Made by a program: the position numbers and the translations under genes | Notes under the pieces: model-generated | Databases searched by the model: none | What the model was told of the DNA's origin: nothing | The model's input: the letters and a program-made list of their open reading frames with translations, nothing else | Assembly (NCBI GenBank): GCA_951406725.2 | Contig: OX597817.1 | Span: 99,696,001-99,760,000 of the forward strand | Source: Octopus vulgaris | Taxonomy: Eukaryota | Direction of reading: 5' to 3' | DNA: 64,000 nt | Shown: positions 26,654 to 39,368 of the stretch, in pieces | Numbering within the stretch: position 1 is the stretch's first letter | Layout: the number at the start of each line of letters is the position of its first letter

Positions 26654-28413
26654 TATATAAAAATGAAAATAAAAATGAAAATAAAAAATTACTTTGAAAA
26701 TTACGAAGAACCAAGTGAAATATGAAAAATTATAAATTACAAATATATATAGATCAAGAGGTGAAATAAACCAGAAATGAATGGTAGGAAGGCAATCATT
26801 GTTTAGACAAAGAGAAATATGAAAAGTGATGGTAGATTATAATTTATAGAAAAAATTATAAATCCTGAATATTATAAAATTATAGTTGGAAAATTGGAAG
26901 GAGCTGAACATAGAAGGTTGGTGAAACCAAAAATCTGTTTAAATGTTTAAAACATGAGTGTGAAAAATTAGCAGATATAAGCTAATTAGGGTTAGCAAAA
27001 ATTGTAGTATAATGTCAGTGATGTAACTGGATGCTAGTATTTCATATATAAGAGCTGTAACAATCATAAACTGACAATCGGATGAACATACATCCCAAAA
27101 TAGAGGACATAATAGTAGTGGAGTAAGAAGTGAATAGAGGGATGGTTTGTAGGGGTAAGTAGGTAGAACATTAAACCTGTTATGGAGCTGTGGGCAGATG
27201 ACTGTGGAATGGTATAGGGTCACTCATCAAGAAAGCTCCATAGTATACAATACACTGGGGTTGGGGTGGGGGTCAGTATGCTGGGGGAGAGTATCTATGT
27301 GTGGAGGGGAAAATAACTAAGGGATGGAGGGGAGGGAAACTAAACTATGTAAGTTTTGCAAAGGTCCTATAGTATTTATGTGGGCACCATATCAGAACTT
27401 CATTTCACTGTTACTACTGTCAGTAATACCTTCCACTGCTTCAAAATTTTAAACAGAGATTTTATAATCATGTCCGTTCTTTTAAGAACTACAGTAAGCC
27501 TAAGTCCACATCACTAGCAGAGGACCCCATATTTGATTTCTTTGACTGTGGTGACGTCTGCACTCCCATACATATGGGAGGAGGAGGTGAATGCAATCTA
27601 TGCACAGCCGATGCACTAGAGATATTACACAATAAGGGTAATAATATTAACAAAAGATGTGTATGTGTGCATATGTGTGTGTGTGGATATATATATATAT
27701 ATATATATATGCCTATGTATCACTAACTATTTCTCTGCCTTTACATTTTATCTTTTTATTTAGCCATACATACTTTAACTTACATACTTTAACTTACATA
27801 CTTTATAATTCTTTTGACCAATCTTTAATTAAACTCTAAATTAATAATTTCTGCTTTAACTTTTAGCCAATACTGCCCCTATTAGAGTTCCCGTCTTTTT
27901 CTGTTTCTCTTTGCATCTCTTTTTCCCTTGCCTACACACACCAGGGTCACAAAGTAGGTCTGCTAGCTGGGAGGCAATTTATGCTACTCTAGCACAGACC
28001 ACACTACTACAGACCCCAAGGAGGAGAAATTCAACCACATAGACTCCATGTTACTGTTAATCTCTTCAATTCAGTGAGGGTCAATTGAACCAGCTCAGCT
28101 ACAAAGATCTGCACCCATCCACTAAGGAATTGGCTCAGTAGATAAGATGCTTTAATGATACTATTACCTGTCAACCTAACTCAATGGGTAAAGTTAAAGA
28201 ATTCAGTACATAGGTATCACACATTCTGAATGAAATAGACAAGATCCAGTGCACCTCCATCATTACCAGTTTGCTGGTGGCACCAGCTCAACAGGGCAAC
28301 CCAACTGAAATGACCCAATTGGTGACATGGTATATTTCTTCATCTTGACAATGCTCATTCCCAAGTCGTTAATTTGACTGAAAATGCTATACAAAAGAGT
28401 TCAGTTGGCATTA

Positions 28414-28454
<41 letters not shown>

Positions 28455-28606
28455 GGAGTAAACACATAAATGTGAAACAACGTGGAAAAAAGAGTACTCA
28501 AATACCAGTGGTAGAGTAATATGCTTTATTTAAAGCAGCAGAAAATTCAACAAGCGTTTGTAAGAGTCTAGATTGAATTGATATATCGGTTCCATTCTAG
28601 CAAAAA

Positions 28607-28644
28607 CTGTCTGATGAACGGCAACGAGAAACTCAGAGTAACAG
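28607..28644 (+). ncRNA. Type I hammerhead ribozyme motif
   Basis: ctgt-CTGATGA-a(cg GCAA cg)a-GAAA-ctc a gag-TA-acag: stem I ctgt/acag, stem III actc/gagt, GUA site. Confidence 0.7.
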
Positions 28645-28697
28645 ATTTTGTTGAATTTTCTGCTGCTTTAAATAAAGTATATATATATATATATATA

Positions 28698-28963
28698 CTG
28701 TTGTGTCTGGGGAGAGTCATTTTCTTTTTGTGCCTTATAATGTAACACACTCACCGGTAAAATTTCCACTTATTTCTTATTTTCATTTTCCTAAAATTTT
28801 CGTTGCGTCTTGCAACCTTTTCAAAAGTCAAGACTATTGAAAAGGTTGCAAGATGCAATGAAAATTTTAGGAAAATAAAAATAAGAAATAAGTGGAAATT
28901 TTACCGGTGAGTGTGTTACATTATAAGGCACAAAAAGAAAATGACTCTCCCCAGACACAACAG
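28698..28963. repeat. Near-perfect 266-bp palindrome next to a (TA)n tract
   Basis: The two arms are reverse complements, centred at 28830/28831, with only a few mismatches. Confidence 0.95.
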
Positions 28964-29051
28964 AATATGCTTGAATACATGAACTCATATAAAGAATCTT
29001 GCAAACCGAATCCAAAAACGAAATATATATATATATATATATATATACATA

Positions 29052-31670
29052 CAGTAATACAAGTTAATTCATTTCCAGAGACCACTCATAATAAAGTGAA
29101 AACTCATGAAGCAGAGCAATGTTATAAATCGTAATTCATTCTCAGAAAAATATTTCACCGATAAAATTTATAATACTTGTAAATAAATGGCAATAAAACA
29201 ATAGTAGAATGTAAAAGATATTTTATGTAAAGTAAAAAGAATGTCAAGATCATTTATAATAAAAAATATTATTATCATAATTGTTTTTTGAATCACTTTC
29301 ACTCACACTAGACTAATGCACAACATCACTTATGTCTTTACTACCCACAAGGGGCCACACACAGAGGGGACAAACAAGGACAGACAAATAGATTAAGTCG
29401 ATTATATCGACCCCCAGAGAGTAACTGGTACTTATTTAATCGACCCTGAAAGGATGAAAGGCAAAGTCGACCTCGGCGGAATTTGAACTCAGAACATAGC
29501 GGCAGATGAAATACCACTAAGCATTTTGCCCGGCATTCTAACGATTCTGCCAGCTTGCAGCCTTAATGCACAACATCACTTGTAGATGTGATCACTGATT
29601 CACTAGCAATCATTGACATATAGATTTCTTTTTAAAAAACAAATCTAGAGTTATATGCTTAGAAGAAGCATTTGCTATGGTAGTAGAAATTTTTGCACTT
29701 CATTCAAAATTTGGATTTCGTACTTGAAAAATTTCCAAGGCTTTATCTAAATGTTGAAATGCTTCCGCAAGTCCTTTCAACATTAATGCATTAATTGGCA
29801 TTTTATCAAGTGTCCTTTTCCTCTTTTATTGTTGCCTGCTCTTGCATTGTAGTAAGCTCTTCATTGGTGAGTTCATCACTGATTGAAGCAGCTCATCTAT
29901 GTCACTTGCCGACACATTGAGATTCAATCCATTTGCCAGGTTTACAATTTCTTCTGTTTCTTTTTGTACATTTTCTTGTACAAAACCCTCAAAATCATTA
30001 AGAAATTGAGAGCAAAGTTTTTTCCAAACACACTTCATATTCTTTTCCTATGATTTTTATTGCAGTATAAATGTAGTGATGTTTCCAGAATTCCATTACA
30101 GTTGGTCCCCCTTCTTTGTTTCTTCATTCAGCATTGCAAATGTGTACCATAAATAATGAGCTTTAAAAGTTGCAATAACACCCTAGTCCATTGGTGGCAA
30201 AAGTGATGTCGTATTCAGAGGCATTAAAAATAACTTTGACATTAGGATGGAGATGATGCAAAATTGGAGGGTGGCTATGTGCATTGTCAATAAGCAACAT
30301 TTCATGAAATGGAAGTTCGTTCTTATCACAATATTTCTTAACTTCTGGCACAATGTGATATGAAAGCCATTCTTCAAATAATGTTGCTTGTAACCCAAGC
30401 TTTTTTATTATATTTCCATATGTTTGGATGTCTTTTTGTCTTTAAGTGCTTTGAAATGTCTTTAAAATAGCTTTAAGTACCCTAGGATTTTCCACTTGGT
30501 CAACTAGCATTGGTTTTAATTTTAAATCCCCAGATGCATTTCTTCTAACTAAGAATGTCAGCCAATCTTTTGCAACTTTAAAACCAGGCAGCACAGATTC
30601 TTCCTTAGCAAAGTAATTTCTAGATGGTATACGTTTCCAGAAAAGTCCTATTTCATTGACATTAAAAATCAATTGTGGCATGTAGTTCCCTTCTTCAATT
30701 ACTTCTGCCAATGTTTCTGGAAATTTTCCTGCTGCATCAACATCTGTGCTTGATGCTTCTCCTTGCACTTTGATGGAATGCCACCCACGTCAATTTTTAA
30801 ATCAATCAAACCATCCTCTACTTGCAACAAAAGTTTCATCTGTGTCACCTTTCATTTCTTTAAGCATACTGAAAAGAGATAATGCTTTGCTACAAATTGA
30901 TGCTTGATTAACATTCATATGCATGCATTGTGTTTTGTCACTTATCCATGCATTTAAAAGTTTTTCCATTTCCAGAATAATGCTTCCAGCATCTCTTTTA
31001 TCTCACTTGAGATAAATATTTTTGTTTTTCTTTGAGAATTGTGCAGACTGTTGATGAGTTAAGTGAAAATTTGTCGCAAATATTTTTCAGTTATACCATC
31101 ATCATGCATTTTTACAATTTCATACTTCCTTTCCAAAGTGATGGCTTTTTGTTTCTTTTTGTTTCCATTAGTGTCCATTGTTCACTTTCGTTTAGATATA
31201 TTGGGTAGGCTTAAAAAATGTCAAGTAGTTTAAAGGCATGAAAATATAGTTGCTCTTACCTCAAGTTGCAATTGGGAACCATGGCCAGACCATTCAGTTG
31301 TTATCACATGTTGACTCTACTGATCTCTCACCAGCTTGGATCACTTCACACTACTGATAACAACACCATTTACCTCTTCCTCAGACACCATAAAAAAGGG
31401 AGAGAGGTGCCCTGTTGCTTGCTAATGTCACAGTCATCTTGTCCACTACTGGTCCTCTTGTGACATCTCTCTTTCTCCCTTCCCATCACACAATATAAAA
31501 TAAGTGGCATGAAAAATTAGCTTATGATAATCGCTCTGAACAGAGCACACATGAAAACTAAGATATTGAAATTTTATACCATCATTTTACTCCACAAAAT
31601 GGCTGTTTAACCATTTTATACTTATTATAAAATAAAACTTGTGAACCCAGGGTCTCGTAAAGCGGGTCAA
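29052..31670 (-). mobile_element. Tigger/pogo (TIGD1-like) DNA transposon, decayed; boundaries approximate
   Basis: KAITLERKYEIV HTH near 31140, GEASS.D..AA..F, IFNVNEIGLFWKRIP, LLIDNAHSHP, PLNTTSLLPPMD, F.GF motifs across 29600-31200. Confidence 0.88.
29332..29563 (-). mobile_element. SINE family B with 18-bp target-site duplication, nested in the Tigger element
   Basis: TSD taatgcacaacatcactt at 29314-29331 and 29564-29581. Confidence 0.9.
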
Positions 31671-32029
31671 TTAAATAATATATATAAATATATATATATT
31701 GTGTTACACTTGGAAAGGATGCACTTTATCAAAACTTTTCAACTTGGCTCCAGCAGAACAAACCACTCCAAATCTTTGTTAAAGTATCCTTCTAAACAAA
31801 GTAAAGAAAGGCTAGCTTGTAATGGTTTAGAGTTGTATAGTATATAATAGTGAAGTCAAACCAAATATTCTGAATGCATTTAATGCACATCTCAAAATGT
31901 CTTAGATGAAGATGTTATGCAAAAGATGAATTTGTTTTCTTCTTGTATAATGATCTGAAACATGTATTAAATACATTCAAAATATTGATTTGACTTCATA
32001 TATGATATATGTTATGGTAAAATATGATA

Positions 32030-32090
<61 letters not shown>

Positions 32091-32514
32091 ATGCATAAAT
32101 ACATACATATACATTCATGCACACACACTCACATGCAACACATACACATGCACACATGCATGCACACACACACAACATATCTAGAGTTAAAAAGATAAAA
32201 TTAATCAGGTTCAGTTCTTCTTTTATCCTAGAAGTTTCAACTAATATAGCTAGGAGCTTCTTGATACTAATTAAAAAACCAACATCTTGTCCGAGTACAT
32301 GGAGCTAAGAATACAGAAAAGAATGGTGTCACTTCCATGGCATTAACAACACATGATCTGAGCTGGCCAACAAGGGCCTAACATCTAGAAGCCATTCTGA
32401 ATTTGTCTTCAATCCCTTACTATTCTTCCAATATCTGATGAGATGGGTCCATTATATAAATCCACAAAACTTAAATCACACAGAGTTGTAACTTAAACTG
32501 TTACTAAAAAATAT

Positions 32515-32775
32515 GATGTCAGTGCCGCTTTGACTGGCTACTGTTGTCGGTGGCATGTAAAAAGCACCATCCGATCATGGTCGATGCCACCGACTCTGGC
32601 CCCTGTGCCGGTGGCACATAAAAAGCACCCACTACACTCACGGAGTGGTTGGCATTAGGAAGGGCATCCAGCTGTAGAAACACTGCCAGATCAGATTGGG
32701 TCCTGGTGCACAGCCGAACTGTCCAACCCATGCCAGCATGGAAAACGGATGTTAAACAATGATGATGATGATGAT
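32515..32775 (+). mobile_element. RTE 3' UTR fragment with (GAT)n tail
   Basis: ggcatgtaaaaagcacc repeats, cactacactcacggagtggttggc, (gat)n. Confidence 0.85.
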
Positions 32776-32864
32776 ACACGCACACACACACATACATATA
32801 TAACTCAAAATCATGAGACAAGTATATCCAAATACAAAACTATATAGCATTAAGCTGTGATGGT

Positions 32865-33545
32865 ATATCAAATTCTTTTGCTTGTTTGCCCGACTACTGT
32901 TATCTGTTGAATTTTACAGTGTCATTGGTGGTTAAGTTGAGGGTTTTAACTCCACTTTCTAGCAGGTAGGTGCTTCATGTACCCTTATGAGAAATATAAA
33001 TTTTAATTGTATAGATACCTAACACTATTTAATACCTGCAGCCACCTATATTGTTGTTGTTATTATTATCAATTTATATTTACCGTAATAACAATAATAA
33101 TATCTTTATAAATATTCATTTTTGAATATTTACTCCTTATTACAAATATATTTACACTGAAGTTTTCCTGAATTTGGCACGAAACAAGTCAGAAAGCCAG
33201 TAGACTTCAATGTGATGAGTTGAATTTTTCACTTGGTAAAACATACTGAAGATTGTGGATGGTGTGTCTAATTTCTTTACTTGTTTGCCTAACTACTGTT
33301 GTTATCTTAGAATTTTTCAGTGTCATTGGTTGTTAAGTTGAAGGTTTTAAACTCCACTTTCTAGCAGGTAGGCACTTCATGTGCCCTTATGATAAATATA
33401 AATTTTTATTGCATAGCTTTCTAACGCTGTTCAATGCCTGCAGCCACCTATATTTTTGTTGTTGCTATTATCAGTTCATATTTACCACAGATAGTAATAA
33501 CAATAATAATATCTTTATAAATATTCGTTTTTGAATATTCACCCA
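32865..33545. repeat. Diverged direct duplication (~270 bp units, ~405 bp period)
   Basis: cttgtttgcc..actactgtt...aactccactttctagcaggtagg...tgcagccacctata present at ~32880-33135 and ~33280-33545. Confidence 0.85.
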
Positions 33546-33552
33546 TTATATA

Positions 33553-33900
33553 TCTCTATATATATAAAACTGAGAATGTGTGTGTCTGTCTGTCTGTGTG
33601 AATCCCTAAAATTTGAGAACTACACAACCAATTTCATTCAAATTTTACACATGCCTTAACTTCTTGCCTAGGGCGAGCCCACAGCAATACCAAATCTTCT
33701 CCACTATTTCAGTATTACATGTTAAAAGTGAAGCAAAAACATCTCTCTATTGTAATGTCAGATACTTTCACTTTAATACTGAAACTATTAAAGTCAAACT
33801 ATTATATAAGAGGGATGAACCATTAACAGTGGACATCCATTTTGCCAGAAGAAGATCCATTATGGTCTTATATGCTACACCACTGGTTTTCAATTCATAT
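33553..33900 (+). mobile_element. Helitron-like 5' fragment
   Basis: tctctatatatataaaactg...gtgtgtctgtc...atttcattcaaattt resembles the 5' end at 17725. Confidence 0.5.
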
Positions 33901-34198
33901 TAATCAAATTAATATTCAATTTCTCACTCTTATTATTTTAAATTTAAATTTAAACCCAGGACCATGTGTTTTGAAACGAAGTTTGTTACCATACAGCCAC
34001 ACCTGCACCTATGTATGTGTGTGTGTATGTGTGTGTATAGCTGTATATGTATACATTTATTTCTATACATACAGATGTATATGTATACATGTATATGTGT
34101 AGATGTATATATATATAGATGTACATGTAATATGTACACATATATATTCACATATATACATGTATACATATATACACCCATACACACATACACATACA

Positions 34199-34520
34199 TA
34201 GGTGCAGGTGTGGCTGTGTGGTAACAAACTTCGTTCCAAAACACATGGTCCTGGATTCAGTCCCACTGTGTGGTGACTTGGCATGTGTCTTCTACTATAG
34301 CCTCAGACCAACCAAAGCCTTGTCAGTGGATTTTGTTGACAGAAACTGAAAGAAATCAATTGTATATATATGTATGTATATATGTAAGTCTGTGTGTGCG
34401 TCTTTGTGTTTCTCCCTCATCACTGCGTCACAACTGGTGTTCGTTTCTTTACATCCTCATAACTTACTGGTTTCACAGGAAGAAACTGATAGAATAAGTA
34501 CCAGGCTTATCAAAATAAAA
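34199..34520 (+). mobile_element. SINE family A
   Basis: aggtgtggctgtgtggtaa...gattcagtcccactg...gacagaaactgaaagaa...gatagaataagtacc. Confidence 0.8.
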
Positions 34521-34572
34521 AAAAAACACTAGGCAGTATCTCATATTTTTGTTTGCCCATACAATTTATCCT

Positions 34573-34605
<33 letters not shown>

Positions 34606-34655
34606 GGATTTCGTAGACAGAAACTTAAAAAATCAATTATATATATATATGTATG

Positions 34656-35307
34656 TAGCGTGTGGTATCTACGAATAGTAGTACCCTCAATATAATATAA
34701 ATGAATATTTTCAAAGAGGAAGAATTTACGGATTTTTTCTCTTACGAGGTTTTTCACGCTGACTACTGATAATTTCTTTTAAAGATTTTATCCTCAATTG
34801 TTAATTTATATTTTTCACCGGAATAGTTCAATACTGAATTTTTATTCCGACTAGGCAATTTGTTACCAAAATGCATTGCGAAAAAGCCTGCCATTTTCAT
34901 AGATATGTAAGGATAAACATTCGTACATGCTACGACGAATTCTACGGTTGGCTATCGAGTTTGTAATGTTATGTTTTTTCTTATATTTCTTGAGTTTGTT
35001 GCACTGACGAACATGAAATGCATATTCTGCATTAAATGCGAAATCACATGTGATATGTAACTGAATTCTTTTTTAAAATGATGTGTTTTGAAGTTTTGCA
35101 TTCGGTAAAATTTTGTTTATTTTTAGTAGTTTTGACCGCATTGGTCCCTCTTAGCGTGTGGTATCTACGAATAGTAGTACCCTCAATATAATATAAATGA
35201 ATATTTTCAAAGAGGAAAAATTTACGGATTTTTTCTCTTACGAGGTTTTTCACGCTGACTACTGATAATTTCTTTTAAAGATTTTATCCTCAATTGTTAA
35301 TTTATAT
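34656..35307 (+). mobile_element. Non-coding 496-bp unit in 1.3 tandem copies carrying a hammerhead ribozyme (retrozyme-like or pLTR-like)
   Basis: 156-bp direct repeats 34656-34811 and 35152-35307 (one mismatch seen); hammerhead at 34998-35061; TA/TATG microsatellite flanks. Confidence 0.75.
34998..35061 (+). ncRNA. Type I hammerhead ribozyme
   Basis: gttgca-CTGACGA-stem II (aatgca/tgcatt)-GAAA-tcacatgtga-TA-tgtaac; 6-bp stem I, palindromic stem III ATCACATGTGAT, AUA site. Confidence 0.8.
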
Positions 35308-35604
35308 ATGTATGTATATATTTAAGTGTATGTGTGTGACTTTGTTTCTGTGTTTCACCCTCATCACTGCTTCACAACTGCTGTTCGTTTATTTACATCC
35401 CCATAACTTACTGGTTTCACAAGAAGAAACTAATAGAATAAGTACCAGGCTTATCAACATAAAAAAAGCACTACGCTGTGTCTCATATTTTTGTTTGTCC
35501 ACTCAGTTGTATCTATTAATTTATCTTTGTGTGTGTATATATATATAATGCACACACACACACACATATATATATATACATGTATGTATATGTGTACATT
35601 CATA

Positions 35605-37250
35605 TTTATTATATCAAAGACAATGTCATTATGTGTTCGTGTATTACTTATACAGTCGAAAACTGCTGCACCGATCATAATGAAATTTGGAACACAAAAT
35701 CGAAGCCTAGGGAGAAGGGTAATGCTGTGTGTTTCATACAATTTCATGGACCAAAATTACTGAATGGATCCTTATGATATTTGAAACTTAGATTCAATGC
35801 ATAAGGGCGGGTATAATGCAATATGTTTGGTTTGAATTTCAGATGGCTTAAAGGGGGCAGAACCCCCATGAAAATTCATGAAATTTCAACCATGGGTAAT
35901 TGACACACATCAAGAAGTATTCTCAAAGTTTCCACTTCACATGAGGATTCTAAGACACCTTAATGGGGGCCTTAACTCCCAAATTTTAGTAATTTCTTTT
36001 ATGATCCAAAACTAAGTCAAAAGTACTGAATGGGCCTTTACGAAATTTGGAAATTATATTCTATGCATAATGGCCACAACCCCCATGACAATTCATATAT
36101 TTTTGCTGTTGATGAAATTTTAACCATAGATATTAGATACAAATGAAGTAATATTTATAAAATTTTATCTTCTTACAAGTTAGAAAGACCCCTTCATGGG
36201 GACTTAACACCCACAATTTAGTCATTTTATCTAAGCAAAGACGAATAGTTGTACTCTTGGAAGCTGCAGGGTCATCCGAGCATAGAAGATGAGCATTATT
36301 TGTAATTCAATGGTGCAACAGTGTAAGAGTTTGCTTTAACATACACTTAGATTGTGATTTCTGCAATGTGCTGCATAAATTGTCAAGTAAATGAGAGGCA
36401 TTTTTGCCTCCACTGATTCAGTTGTAAAGTGCAGATCTTTTTTATTAAAGTGCAGTCCTTTTATTATCACTGGGTCACACATAGTCCCCACATGGTAACA
36501 TTGATTTCAAGGCCTTCCCAGATGAGTGACTGGTTATTCAAAGACATTTATAGATTGTATATTTATTCTGTCCAGTTACGTATCAGTATGGTGGTCATTT
36601 TCAAACTCCAACTTTCATTTCTCCTTAGCCCTCACGTCACACAGTTGTTAATGTTTATTTCAGTTGGGTCATGCCCTTCCAATTGCTATAGATTCGTAAT
36701 GCATCTTACGGCTGTGCCTGTCACCTGCATGGTGAGGAATACTACATTAGGAGTGGTAACGACTAGGGTACTGTAGCTGACTGCTTATTGTGATCATTCA
36801 TCTTTTGGTTTCCTGTAGCTTTGCTCTCTTTTACAAACCCAGTGAACATATATTTCCTATTTCAAAGAAATTCAAACAATAGATATAAGACCCAAGTTAA
36901 AAAGATTCTCCACAATTTAACTTCCCTGGTTGACATTAAGATGCCCACCCCCAATAGGGGCATTAATGCTCTCATTTTAGAGCTCCATGACCTCCATTTC
37001 TCAGGAGCAAAATCCTTTTAACAGGTCCTATAAGACTGGAATTTTGGAATATGCACATAAAAGTCAGTAGTATGGGATACATGTGGCATGATTACAAATT
37101 TTTTTAGGGTGTGTAAAGAGAGAAATAACCCTCATCTGCAATTTTGATGAAATTTGAAACATAAGTATTCCAGTTCATTACAGAAAATATTTCTAAAATG
37201 TCTAATTCTTCAATTGTATGTAACTCGAGCAACGCTGGGTAACTCTGCTA

Positions 37251-37251
<1 letters not shown>
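35605..37251 (+). mobile_element. Helitron-like non-autonomous element; 5' boundary approximate
   Basis: 3' end actcgagcaacgctgggt...CTAG|T matches the 18361 terminus; ccgatc...tgaaatttgg subterminal motif. Confidence 0.6.
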
Positions 37252-37308
<57 letters not shown>

Positions 37309-37388
37309 ATATATATATATATATATGTGTATATATATATGTATATATATGTATGTATATATATATATATATATATATACATACATAC

Positions 37389-37437
<49 letters not shown>

Positions 37438-38022
37438 CACATTTACATATGTATATATACATATATATATTATATATTACAAAAACGCGCCAAAATGAAG
37501 ACATTTGAAAGTTACCCCCCAAATATAATTTGCAGAACTGTTCACAAGTTTTCTTTTGGGTGAAAGTTTCTGTGCATAGTTCCGTGAAATATGTTTGTAA
37601 CATGACAGACTATGCTGAAGAGTTGCAGATATTTGCAGTTTACATTATGCAAGTGTTAACAATGAAATCATGATATGTAGGTAATTGTTTTATTTTGTAT
37701 ATTTTCATTTGTCTTGCTCATTTTCGCATTCTGAGATTTTCGCATTCTGAGATTTTCGCATTTTTGCTGAGATTTTTCTTGAAAACACACTCTTCATGGT
37801 AAAGCGATTTGACATCTATCTTTAGCATATTAGGAATCCACTTCAGTGGTCATTCCTCTTACTAATTATAATATAATTTTAAATCTTCGGAATTTTTAAA
37901 AATATGCTAGACCACTGGTTTAAATAGATGTTAATTGATTGATATCAATTTCTGCCCTCTTTATTTAATTATATTATATATTATATATATATATGTGTGT
38001 GTATATATAAATATATATTATA

Positions 38023-38057
<35 letters not shown>

Positions 38058-39122
38058 AGATAAGAAAATGAAGAAACACATCTAAATCAAATATCAATTA
38101 CCAGATAATACTCAACCACATACTTTATTAAACCACCACATAAGAGGCTGTAGGGTTAAATATAAAAAGCAGAACAAATCAGTGTACATAAAGGAATGTA
38201 CATAAAAAAGTGTACATAAAAGAGTAATGTTGTATAATAATTAGAATATATATAAAAAAAGAATATAAATACAAGTAAATATAAATATAAGCATACATTA
38301 GATCTTACAGCTGTTTCAGCCATGTCGATAATTATGTCTCATTTTACCAATGGTTGGTCAATATATAGATATAAATGATTCGGAGATTATGAAATATAAC
38401 ACAGTCTACACATATACCCACATGAGTGTGGGTGTGTACCCACAATACAACATATATATATATATATACATATGAGTGTATATACTCACACTCCTATACA
38501 TATAAAAAAATATACATTTACATAATGATATAAATAAATAATATAAATTAGTAAACATATATATGTGTTCCACTCCAAATGTCTCAGTTTTTCGACTTAA
38601 TATTGTGATAATAAACATACACAAATTAATATCTAGATGTAAATATACATAGTCAATAGTACATTATATTACTTCATAATAGTTTCCAAAGTGTCATTAA
38701 AGTTAGTATCATTATCGTTGTCAATACAATTAATGTTATCATTGTTATCATTCATAATATTATTAATAACTCTTACATTATGATCCAGAGCAGAATATAT
38801 GTATGTCCGTGTTCCAGTTAATAATTTTCCTTATGGCATAAATATACTATTGGATTTGAATTTAAAATTATCATTATCTTCCTCACGGTTGGTCAGTTGA
38901 GAACCGCCCGATCTCCACCACACCGTACAAGCAAAACATACACATCCACATCTAACCCTAAACCCATACATCCACACAGAGACTCACACACACATGTACA
39001 CACACATGAATACACCCCTACACATCTCTCCAATATTGGAGAGTGCATGTCTGTCATTGTATTGCTTATAGACATATCAGTACAGGCAGCAGTGTCTAAC
39101 ACTAACACACACACTCACACGC

Positions 39123-39343
39123 ACATCCGCATATACGCATAAATATTAATACACTTTCCTATACTGTGTCAGGGAACTTTCGCACACACATATATATATA
39201 TATTTTTAAATATATACCTGCGCACTCATACGTACAAGTAAAACCCATATTTATATTTAAAAATATATATATATATGTGTGTGCGAAAGTTCCCTGACAC
39301 AGTATAGGAAAGTGTATTAATATTTATGCGTATATGCGGATGT
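39123..39343. repeat. Perfect 92-bp inverted repeat with 37-bp spacer
   Basis: 39123-39214 is the exact reverse complement of 39252-39343. Confidence 0.95.
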
Positions 39344-39368
39344 ATATATATATTTTATATATATATAA

